Shown here: positions 10,474 to 18,828 of the stretch, one piece after another
Position numbering within the stretch: position 1 is the stretch's first letter
Layout of the letters: each line of letters starts with the position of its first letter
From: a candidate division WOR-3 bacterium
GTDB taxonomy: Bacteria; Hydrothermota; UBA3073
Assembly (NCBI GenBank): GCA_023129165.1
Contig: JAGMCL010000039.1
Span: forward strand, 1,839-65,838
DNA: 64,000 bases
Direction of reading: 5' to 3'
Made by a program: the position numbers and the translations under genes
Notes under the pieces: generated by a model
What the model was told of the DNA's origin: nothing
What the model saw: only the letters and a program-made list of their open reading frames with translations
Database searches by the model: none

Positions 10474-11104
10474 AAATTGTCGTTGCGAGACCCGATTGAC
10501 GTCGGGACGAAGCAATCGCATTATTAAGACGGGGGATCCTACTCTGCGGGAAATTTGTGCTTATAAAAACCTATAAATAATAAAGGTAATTATAAGACGT
10601 TTGACACAAAGAGAGTTATATACATCAATATTAGTCGTAGTTTTTGTTGTTTCACCTTCATTTCTTTTGCTTGCCCCGTGGAATAGATAGTATTATGTTT
10701 GGGGAACTCCTTGCAATATGTTTTATTCCACAGGGCGGGCCCAAAAGAAACGAAGCAAAGAAAAAGGCACCCCAATGTTTTTCTTAACGGCAGATTGACT
10801 GCGTCTTATGGCTAATTTCCAGAACTCGCTTCGCTCAAACACCTGTAAATCTTGACGCCAACGCCTTGCAATCTGCCTAAAAAACAACATGGGGATTTAA
10901 AAGAAAAGTTAACTTTTAACATCGGTTAGCTATTGTCTTAATACGTAATAACATATAATTTAGTATCAAATCTTTTATAATTACCTTAAGTTATTATGTA
11001 ATTGTAGGAGGGACTTCATAGTCCCGATAACACATTTAAAAAATGTAGGCACGCCTGCCTGACGGCAGTCAGGATTTCAAATCGTGCTGGCTAACAAATA
11101 AGTA

Positions 11105-12073
11105 ATGAAATACAAAACAGGCATCATATTTTTAGCAATAGTACTTGTATCCTTTCCCCTTCATGCGGATATCTTCGAGATACTCGGGGGCCAGAAGGTA
11201 GGTACTACATCACTCACATTCCTTAAAATAGGTGTCGATATAAGGTCTGAGGGGATGGGACAGACACTCGTCTCTACAACAAGAAATGCATCTGGTGTAT
11301 ATTTTAATCCTGCAAATGCGGTATTTGCAATAAATAGCATGACATTTTCCCATACTTTATGGCTTGCAGATATCAGTTATAACTATATTGGTTTTGTTAA
11401 GAATGTCGGTAATAGTGCAATTGCACTTCAGGTTTCGAGTCTATCAAGTGGTTATATTGAAGAGACCGACGAACTGCATCCAACAGGAACAGGAAATCAT
11501 TTCAGATTTGCTGACAACCTTCTCTCTCTATGCTATGCATTTAGAATTACAGACAGATTTGCCATAGGCATTACAACAAAAGGAGTAATGGAAACTCTTG
11601 CAGATATTCATTCTTATTCCCTGGTGCTGGATATAGGAACTGTTTATAATGTAGGTTATAGAGATATAAAAATTGGAATGTCTCTTTTAAATATGGGTTC
11701 TGATGTAAGACCAACTGGTGAATACTCCATTGATGGTGTAGATTATTCTTATGAGGCTTATCCTCTTCCAATTGTTTATAGAATTGGAGTCTCTGGAAAA
11801 ATTTTTAAGAATCTTCTTTTTGCCATCGAAATGGATAAACCCTCAGATAATGTAGAGGCATTTAAGATAGGTTGTGAATTCTCACTATCTTCTTTTCTGG
11901 CACTCAGGGGTGGATATAGATTAAATTCAAAAGCATCGGGAAGTAGTGGTTTATCTTTTGGAGCTGGATTTATTATCCCCTGGCATAGCAAGGAGTTCTT
12001 TTTAGATTATGCATTTACTGAGATGGGTTATATAGGGGGAACTCATAGAATGGGAGTAAGTCTAAAATTATGA
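11105..12073 (+). CDS. FadL-like/PorV-PorP-like outer-membrane beta-barrel protein; putative T9SS-associated.
   Basis: Signal peptide. N-terminal motif LKIGVDIRSEGMGQTLVSTTRNASGVYFNPANA resembles the G-x-R-x-x-GMG-x-A...YNPA signature of PorV/UPF0164/FadL-like OM proteins. An alternating hydrophobic beta-strand pattern runs to the C-terminal aromatic residue. The gene is adjacent to T9SS cargo genes. Confidence 0.4.
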   Translation: MKYKTGIIFLAIVLVSFPLHADIFEILGGQKVGTTSLTFLKIGVDIRSEGMGQTLVSTTRNASGVYFNPANAVFAINSMTFSHTLWLADISYNYIGFVKNVGNSAIALQVSSLSSGYIEETDELHPTGTGNHFRFADNLLSLCYAFRITDRFAIGITTKGVMETLADIHSYSLVLDIGTVYNVGYRDIKIGMSLLNMGSDVRPTGEYSIDGVDYSYEAYPLPIVYRIGVSGKIFKNLLFAIEMDKPSDNVEAFKIGCEFSLSSFLALRGGYRLNSKASGSSGLSFGAGFIIPWHSKEFFLDYAFTEMGYIGGTHRMGVSLKL

Positions 12074-12981
12074 GATATTCTATATCCATATTGTTCTTTT
12101 TTCTTCTTGTTGGTTGTGGAAAGAAATATCCTATACCACCTGAGTACGACTACAGCCTACCACCTGAGGAATCGTATGTACTTGTGGATACCTGGACAGG
12201 TGATGGTGAATATGTTTTGGATAATATGGTTGATGTAATTGTTGGAACTGATGGTTTTATTTATGCCCTGACGGATAATGACGTAAAGAAATTGTATGAA
12301 AATGGACAGCTTAATAAAATAATAATTGAAGACCTATTCTTACCTTCTGCAATATATCAAGATATAAAGCGGAATATTTTTATATCAGATGGTAATATAA
12401 TAAGGTTATTCGACAGGGAGGGGGATTCGATTTTTGCCTTCCAGGATACAGCAGTAGCTGTTTCAGCTGGTATATCCTCGGTTGATGATAAGATTTTTAT
12501 GTCAGATAGTGAAAGGGACCTGGTTTTATCATATGATACTCTGGGAAATCTTATAGATACATTGTCATCTTTTGGGGCAGGCATCCTCAACGTTGATAAA
12601 CCATTGGATTTGTGCATCTGGGAGAACAGAATCTTTATCGTCTCATCAGAACACAATTGGGTTGAAGCAATCTCGACATATACACCAAGGGTAAACCTTC
12701 TACACCTGGGTGGAGAGTCTCATGAGGGGGATACGCTTCCTGGTTATTTTATTAATCCTGTGGATGTGGCAGTTGATGATTCGGGTTGTGTCTATGTAGC
12801 AGAAACTGGTAACCAGAGGATACAGAAGTTCGATATGTATGGCGATTTTATAGTAGAGACAAAACTATCTGAGGCACCGGTAAGTGTGGCTGTGTCGCGT
12901 GATGGTATGAGTCTATATGTAGCTTTTACAGACAGGATAGAGAAATATAAAAGACCCGAGACGCCCGGGGCGCCGGAGTAG
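12070..12981 (+). CDS. NHL-repeat (six-bladed beta-propeller) lipoprotein.
   Basis: Lipobox LLVGCGKK, then NHL-like repeats (e.g. VDVAVDDSGCVYVAETGNQRIQKFDMYGDFIV). Its start overlaps the upstream stop by 4 nt (ATGA), consistent with translational coupling. Confidence 0.5.
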   Translation: MRYSISILFFFLLVGCGKKYPIPPEYDYSLPPEESYVLVDTWTGDGEYVLDNMVDVIVGTDGFIYALTDNDVKKLYENGQLNKIIIEDLFLPSAIYQDIKRNIFISDGNIIRLFDREGDSIFAFQDTAVAVSAGISSVDDKIFMSDSERDLVLSYDTLGNLIDTLSSFGAGILNVDKPLDLCIWENRIFIVSSEHNWVEAISTYTPRVNLLHLGGESHEGDTLPGYFINPVDVAVDDSGCVYVAETGNQRIQKFDMYGDFIVETKLSEAPVSVAVSRDGMSLYVAFTDRIEKYKRPETPGAPE

Positions 12982-13125
12982 CAATCAGACCGAAGACCAC
13001 CCTGTAAAACTCCTTCGGAGCAACGGGGCAAGCAGATATGAGACAAAAGACCAAAGACATAAAAATAATAAAAGAATTTCGTGTATTTCGTGTTTTTCGT
13101 GGGTAGATTATCCGTAGAAATGTAT

Positions 13126-14973
13126 ATGAGGAAGTTGCTCATCATATTTCTCTTCCCCCTGGTGGTTTTTGCAAAGACTGACAATTCGAAGTATACGATT
13201 GCTGGAAATGTCCACCTTACTGTTACGAATTTCGGAATGTTAGGTACGGGTTTCAGGGTGTGGAACCCTGAGACAGGTGAACCTCAACCATCCTGTGAGT
13301 ATCCTGTTGGTACCAGGACTGAGCATCTCTATAGAGCTGGACTTTGGGTGGGTGCTGTCTCTCCCCAAGGAATTAATGTCACCACAGGAGTGAACGATGC
13401 AACTTCAGTAACACCCGGTTCCAGTGAGGGATTCGAATTCTATCCTACAAGAAGCTCTGATGATGTGGTAATAGAGAAATCCAATCTTATGACATCACAG
13501 TATTATTCACTGGATGCAGTATCTGAGCAGGATTTTTACGCAGTGTATTATGATACTTCTTATGTAGTTAATCACACTTCGTTGGGATTATGTATAAAAC
13601 AGACGTCTTATGTATGGTCCTACTCATATATTGATGATGTTGTAATTGTTACATATAGTATAAAGAATATTGGAGATGCAGATTTAGAGGATATCTATGT
13701 TGGCATTTATGCAGAGATGGTATCAGGTAATCGGGATTTCTGGGGCGACGATTTCAATTCAACACCATTTTTCGGTCATAAACGCATCTTCTATAATGAT
13801 ACTCTATATCTTATGTATGAGAGAAACGATGGATTCGATTACCTTGCGAAGGGTTTTGTTGGTATAGGTTTTTTAGGAATTGAGACTAATGCTGGTCAGA
13901 TAGAACTTGACAGTCTTAAAAAAACTTTTTACTGGTGGAAGTGGAGAGAGATGGAAGGTGATGTATCAGACCTTCGGAGATATGAAATTATATCAAGTGG
14001 TATAAGGAAGCCTGATATGGATGATGTATATTACTATGAAAATGGATATCCAGACCCCATACCTCTCATTTCTATGGGAGCCATTCCCTATCTTAATATG
14101 CAAGATTCCATCACTTTAACAATTGCACTATGTTGCGGGATAACAGATAATGAGTTGTTTCAGAACTTCGGTTGGGCAAGGAAGGCATATGAATCAGATT
14201 ATGTTTTACCTGCTCCACCCCCATCTCCAAGACTCGTCATAATACCTGATTCAAGGAAGGTCACTCTTCTATTTGATGATTCTCCTGAGTTTGTGAGAGA
14301 CCCTTCACCACCAAACTTAAGAGATTTTGAGGGATACAGGATATATAGAAGCGAGACAGGTTTGGCTGACCCGGATGAGTGGATACTCCTATATCAGTTT
14401 GACAAGACACCTGATGATTCAATACAGGATGTTGACCACTCCCAGGGTTTTAATACTGGTATGCCAGAGAAGGAAACTGAGGGTGAGCATGAGGGATGGT
14501 ATAAGATAATTGACCAGGGTGTGAGAAATGGGTTCAGGTACTATTATACTGTGACGTCTTATGACGTTGGGAATCCAGAGATAGGTCTTCCTCCTCTTGA
14601 ATCCGCATTAAGGCAAAATATGGTTGAGGTCATTCCAGGTACACCACCTACTTCTGAACCCGACAAAGCAGTAGGTGTTTATCCAAATCCATACAGAATG
14701 AGTTCTATGTGGGACACAGGTTCACCAAGGGGAAGGGTAATCAGATTTTTCAATCTACCGGAAAACACTACAATATACATATATAACCTTGCCGGAGATC
14801 TGGTTAAGACTTTAGAACACAAAGGCGTTTTAGAAGAAGGAGCAGGTGGTGAGGCAGTATGGGATCTTATTACAGATAGAGAGCAGGCAGTTGCAACAGG
14901 ACTCTATATATTCTGCGTTAAGGACCATAATACCGGGAGAATTAAGAAGGGAAAGTTTTTAGTGATAAAATAA
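13126..14973 (+). CDS. Secreted protein with a T9SS (Por) C-terminal sorting domain and an FN3-like region. The ORF-track start at 13081 is probably too far upstream; the signal peptide begins at MRKLLIIFLFPLVVFA.
   Basis: C-terminal about 80 aa (VGVYPNPYRMSS...TIYIYNLAGDLVKTLEH...GLYIFCVKDHNTGRIKKGKFLVIK) matches the T9SS CTD pattern (YPNP...IYNxxGxxV...GxYxxxx...KxxxxK). An FN3-like stretch (DFEGYRIYRSETG) is also present. Confidence 0.6.
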   Translation: MRKLLIIFLFPLVVFAKTDNSKYTIAGNVHLTVTNFGMLGTGFRVWNPETGEPQPSCEYPVGTRTEHLYRAGLWVGAVSPQGINVTTGVNDATSVTPGSSEGFEFYPTRSSDDVVIEKSNLMTSQYYSLDAVSEQDFYAVYYDTSYVVNHTSLGLCIKQTSYVWSYSYIDDVVIVTYSIKNIGDADLEDIYVGIYAEMVSGNRDFWGDDFNSTPFFGHKRIFYNDTLYLMYERNDGFDYLAKGFVGIGFLGIETNAGQIELDSLKKTFYWWKWREMEGDVSDLRRYEIISSGIRKPDMDDVYYYENGYPDPIPLISMGAIPYLNMQDSITLTIALCCGITDNELFQNFGWARKAYESDYVLPAPPPSPRLVIIPDSRKVTLLFDDSPEFVRDPSPPNLRDFEGYRIYRSETGLADPDEWILLYQFDKTPDDSIQDVDHSQGFNTGMPEKETEGEHEGWYKIIDQGVRNGFRYYYTVTSYDVGNPEIGLPPLESALRQNMVEVIPGTPPTSEPDKAVGVYPNPYRMSSMWDTGSPRGRVIRFFNLPENTTIYIYNLAGDLVKTLEHKGVLEEGAGGEAVWDLITDREQAVATGLYIFCVKDHNTGRIKKGKFLVIK

Positions 14974-14977
14974 TCGG

Positions 14978-15196
14978 GACGCAGATGTGCGCAGATATAC
15001 AGGATAAGAATTTTATATATAAAGGACTAACTGGAAAAATTATAAACATTTTCTTTAGGATTTAAAACAAACTTGGATATGGGCTTTCTGGAAAATTATG
15101 CGAAAATACATTAATGATAGAGTTAAAAAAATAGGCATTTGATAACAGCAGAAAATAAAAATAAAGAATCATGATAATCTGCGTTTATCTGCGTCC
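14978..15196. repeat. MITE-like element: 20 bp terminal inverted repeats flanking about 180 bp of AT-rich sequence between two plus-strand genes.
   Basis: ggacgcagatgtgcgcagat (14978-14997) and atctgcgtttatctgcgtcc (15177-15196) are inverted. A solitary third copy, atctgcggcaatctgcgtcc, lies at 42436-42455 just 3' of rocA. Confidence 0.5.
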
Positions 15197-15209
15197 TAAA
15201 AAGAGCTAT

Positions 15210-16523
15210 ATGAAGAAATTCATTATCATATTTATTGCAGTAATAGCCTTTATAAGCTGTAAGAGGGAGCCGCCTATTGAGCCTGTCTTGAATATACCAC
15301 CTGAAACCCACATATATGTTGAAGGTTTAGTTGATACAGTTCCTGCAAGGCAGGTAATCCACTGGTGGGGAAATGACCCTGATGGATGGGTGGTTGGTTA
15401 TCATTATAACTGGGATGGTAATGAGGATACAGTATTTACTACACTGACCTGTGACACCTTTATTCTGACAGCAGAGGATACTGTGAATTTTCATACGATT
15501 AGTGTATGGGCAGAGGATAATGAGGCAGCAGTAGATACGACTCCAGCAGTATTGACAATACCAGTTATGAACAGCCCACCTATGGTCTATTTCAAGGAAG
15601 GAAGTTTACCAAAGGATACTACATTTTCAGTTGTTACATTCTATCTGGAAGCAGAAGATGTAGATGGAAATGAAAGCATAAAGGGTTTCTATTATAGACT
15701 TGATACCGATGTATCTATGAATTTCATTCCTATAGATACACCCTATATAACCCTCAGAGATATTCAAACTGATGAGAGAACGTTTTTTGCATGGGCAGTG
15801 GATGAGTCGAATGCCATATCTGATTCTATAAGCCATACCTGGTGTGTAGAGGAAGTAGTATCAAACATCCTTCTCGTTGATGAAGAACCTGGTACTGGAG
15901 CAAGGCTGTTCTACATAGGGATATTAGAATCAATAGGATTGACCTATAATCTATGGAGGATTGAGGATGCTCTTCCGTATTCACCATTTGATGTGGATAT
16001 AACTGTAAATGAGCTTGGATTTAATACTATTATCTGGTTCACAGGTAGGGATGTAAGTCAGATACCACATGTCCAGATGACAATAGAGAAATATCTTGAC
16101 GATGGGAAGAACCTTCTCCTTGTGAGCCCTTCTGTCTTGAACGGGTTCTACGATCCAGAGATTCCTTCGCTATTTCCCCATAACTACCTTTGTGTTGATT
16201 CTGCCACTGTTGTGTGGGATAAATTTATCCCAGCTGATTCTATTATCTCACGCGATACCCTTATAACTGGCTATCCTGAGATGCTTGAGGTGTCTACATT
16301 CATATCAAGGTTTGATGCCTTTGAGGCGATTGAGGGGGCAGAAATCATATACAGATTACCAGAATCAGGATTGTGGGAAGGGACACCTGGTGTAGCAGTT
16401 AGATGTCCAGCACAAAATGTAAATCTTGTCTTCTTCTCAATTCAAATAGATAAGTTAAATGGTATGGGTAATGCTGGTGAAGTAGTTGGGTATGTTCTTG
16501 AAAATGAGTTTGGTCTGAAGTGA
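15210..16523 (+). CDS. Hypothetical lipoprotein. Start taken at MKKFIIIFIAVIAFISCK; the ORF-track start at 15171 is likely spurious.
   Basis: Lipoprotein signal peptide ending ISC. Acidic, Ig-like/cadherin-like composition. No recognisable catalytic motif. Confidence 0.4.
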   Translation: MKKFIIIFIAVIAFISCKREPPIEPVLNIPPETHIYVEGLVDTVPARQVIHWWGNDPDGWVVGYHYNWDGNEDTVFTTLTCDTFILTAEDTVNFHTISVWAEDNEAAVDTTPAVLTIPVMNSPPMVYFKEGSLPKDTTFSVVTFYLEAEDVDGNESIKGFYYRLDTDVSMNFIPIDTPYITLRDIQTDERTFFAWAVDESNAISDSISHTWCVEEVVSNILLVDEEPGTGARLFYIGILESIGLTYNLWRIEDALPYSPFDVDITVNELGFNTIIWFTGRDVSQIPHVQMTIEKYLDDGKNLLLVSPSVLNGFYDPEIPSLFPHNYLCVDSATVVWDKFIPADSIISRDTLITGYPEMLEVSTFISRFDAFEAIEGAEIIYRLPESGLWEGTPGVAVRCPAQNVNLVFFSIQIDKLNGMGNAGEVVGYVLENEFGLK

Positions 16524-16663
16524 TGGCAAGAGGGAAATGTTTAATGTTGTATGTTAAATGTTAAAAGATAGATAGTAGGAGCGACTTCCCAGTCGCGATA
16601 GTTGATTAGTTAATTAGTTGAATAGTTGATTTTTGAATTTTGCAGTGAAAAAAAGGGGGTAGT

Positions 16664-18529
16664 ATGTATAAAGGAAGCATAGTGTTTTTAGTTCTCCTTA
16701 TCGCAGTTGCGTGCTTTGGTCAGCATGTAACAACGATATACGAGATTCAGTCAAATAGGGACCCTGTTACTCAATGGACCAACTGGATAGATTCTCTTGT
16801 AATTGTAGAGGGTATAGTGACCTGTGACTATGGAGTAACTGGTAGTTATAACTTCTTCCTTGAAATGAAACAGGGAGGACCCTGGAGTGGTATAATGGTG
16901 TATGTTCCAGAGACACCTGCAGGTTGTTTTGAGGTTGATGTGGGTGATTCACTCATTGTTACCGGCACTGTGCTCGAATATTATGACAATACAGAACTTA
17001 GGATTGACGATACAACACTGGTTGAACGATGCGGTTCTATAGGTTTACCACCTGTTACAGTAATATCAGCAGCACATCTTGATACTACGTTATCCTCGTC
17101 ACTATATCTATATCAACCAGACTCTGCCGAAAAGTATGAAGGTGTATTAGTTCAGGTACAGAATGCATTCGTAACAGATCCATTGGATGTAAACAATAAT
17201 TGGGAGATATCTGATGGTTATGGTTACGCAACTGTTCTTAATAATTACACATATACGCCGGGAGTTGGTGATTTTCTCAATGTCGCTGGTATAGTGCACA
17301 CCCACTACGATATTTACAAGATAAGACCAAGAGATATAAATGATATAGAAGTCCTTGGTGAGGGTCGTCTATCTGTTGTATACTCAACATCAAGGACAGG
17401 AGTAAATGTTCAATTCACCAGAGACGTTGATGATGTTACTGCAGGTAATACGGCTAACTATGAGATAATACCCGTAGTGACTGTAACAGGTGCATCACGG
17501 GATGCTGATGACTTTTCTCTTGTCCATCTTGTTACAGGTACACAAACTGATGCGCAATTATGCACACTTGTCGTTGATGGTGTTGAAGATATTGGAGGGA
17601 ATCTAATATGTGATACGATGACTTTTTACAGCGGATTTGTCCCAATAACAACCATACAGAGTGATACTGCATCCGGGGACCCTGAGTTTGCAAGTCTCTG
17701 GGATGGACGCCTTGTTACCCTTACTGGTATCATTACTGCTGAAAGTGAATGCTTCTATATTCCTGCATGGTACTGGATACAGCAGGTTGAAGGTCCATGG
17801 TCTGGTATAATGGCGTACCATCCAGGTCATACTTACATAACAACAAGGGGTGACTCAGTGGTTATAGCTGGTGGGATAGAAGAATACTATGGTATGACAG
17901 AGATTTTGGATATTATCTATTATAATATTGAATCCTCTGGTAATACAATCCTTCCTTCAGAGGTTAACTCAGGAGATTTAAACGCCGTCACAGGTGCAAT
18001 TGCTGAGCAGTGGGAGGCTGTACTTGTAATGGTTGATACTGCTGAAGTAGTTGATGCAGGAACTGACCCTGGTAACTCCCCGTGGGATATTGATGATGGA
18101 ACTGGTCGGTGTATTGTAAGCAACTATGAAGCGTATACCTATGAACCTGATAGTGGAAATCTCGTAAATGTTACAGGTGTAACAAGGTTTGACAATGGGT
18201 TCAACCTCTATCCAAGGGATGATGGAGATATAGACCTGCTGCCACACGGTATTGAAGACCATAAAGTAGGGTATTTTGATATTGCTCTCTTATTCAATCC
18301 TGTATCTCGCTCATCTGGGGTGCTCCTCACCATTCCCAAAAGGTCTTCTGTAGAGCTGTCGTTATATAACCTCGCAGGTCGACGAATCGCGGATATAAAG
18401 CAAGGTATACTAGAAGCCGGTGTCCATGAATTGACCTTGGACATAAGGGAAATACCAAATGGTGTTTACTTCTACCGTTTTAAGACAGAGAATAGAAGTC
18501 TTACGAGAAAGGTTGTAATATTGAAATGA
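16664..18529 (+). CDS. Secreted T9SS cargo protein with two copies of an OB-fold-like N-terminal module (similar to the ExeM/NucH extracellular-nuclease N-terminal module) and a Por C-terminal sorting domain.
   Basis: Signal peptide. Two repeats of the pattern I.EIQS...V.GIVT....G...FF.Q....PWSGI.VY (residues about 25-90 and about 330-400). C-terminal T9SS CTD (LLFNPVSRSS...SLYNLAGRRIADI...GVYFYRFKTENRSLTRKVVILK). A rho-independent terminator lies at 18623-18652. Confidence 0.55.
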   Translation: MYKGSIVFLVLLIAVACFGQHVTTIYEIQSNRDPVTQWTNWIDSLVIVEGIVTCDYGVTGSYNFFLEMKQGGPWSGIMVYVPETPAGCFEVDVGDSLIVTGTVLEYYDNTELRIDDTTLVERCGSIGLPPVTVISAAHLDTTLSSSLYLYQPDSAEKYEGVLVQVQNAFVTDPLDVNNNWEISDGYGYATVLNNYTYTPGVGDFLNVAGIVHTHYDIYKIRPRDINDIEVLGEGRLSVVYSTSRTGVNVQFTRDVDDVTAGNTANYEIIPVVTVTGASRDADDFSLVHLVTGTQTDAQLCTLVVDGVEDIGGNLICDTMTFYSGFVPITTIQSDTASGDPEFASLWDGRLVTLTGIITAESECFYIPAWYWIQQVEGPWSGIMAYHPGHTYITTRGDSVVIAGGIEEYYGMTEILDIIYYNIESSGNTILPSEVNSGDLNAVTGAIAEQWEAVLVMVDTAEVVDAGTDPGNSPWDIDDGTGRCIVSNYEAYTYEPDSGNLVNVTGVTRFDNGFNLYPRDDGDIDLLPHGIEDHKVGYFDIALLFNPVSRSSGVLLTIPKRSSVELSLYNLAGRRIADIKQGILEAGVHELTLDIREIPNGVYFYRFKTENRSLTRKVVILK

Positions 18530-18622
18530 GATGAAAAATTGAATAGCAAAAGAGGTTGTTGAGGAAGGAGTGGTTTAATTTATTATATTATTTGTGTTAT
18601 GATCACGAAACAATAAGCAGTA

Positions 18623-18652
18623 GGGGGACAAAGCTTGTCCCCCTTGTTTTTT
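18623..18652 (+). terminator. Rho-independent terminator after the T9SS cargo gene.
   Basis: GGGGGACAA-agc-TTGTCCCCC forms a 9 bp GC-rich stem, followed by TTGTTTTTT. Confidence 0.7.
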
Positions 18653-18828
18653 ACCAGTTGAAAGTTAATTCTTTTTTAACTTATTTTCTTACAGTTACAA
18701 AATGAGTTATAAAAATGGTGTGTAAAGGGATTTTTGATTTTTAGATGATGATATTCTAATTGGGAATTTAATAAAATAGAGAATGTTATTTACATATGCC
18801 TCACTCAATACAGGATTTATAGTTAGCT

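Noticed and set aside
10590-10775. 61 aa minus-strand ORF in the large intergenic region.
   Set aside because: No RBS and an implausible composition. The region looks non-coding and structured instead.
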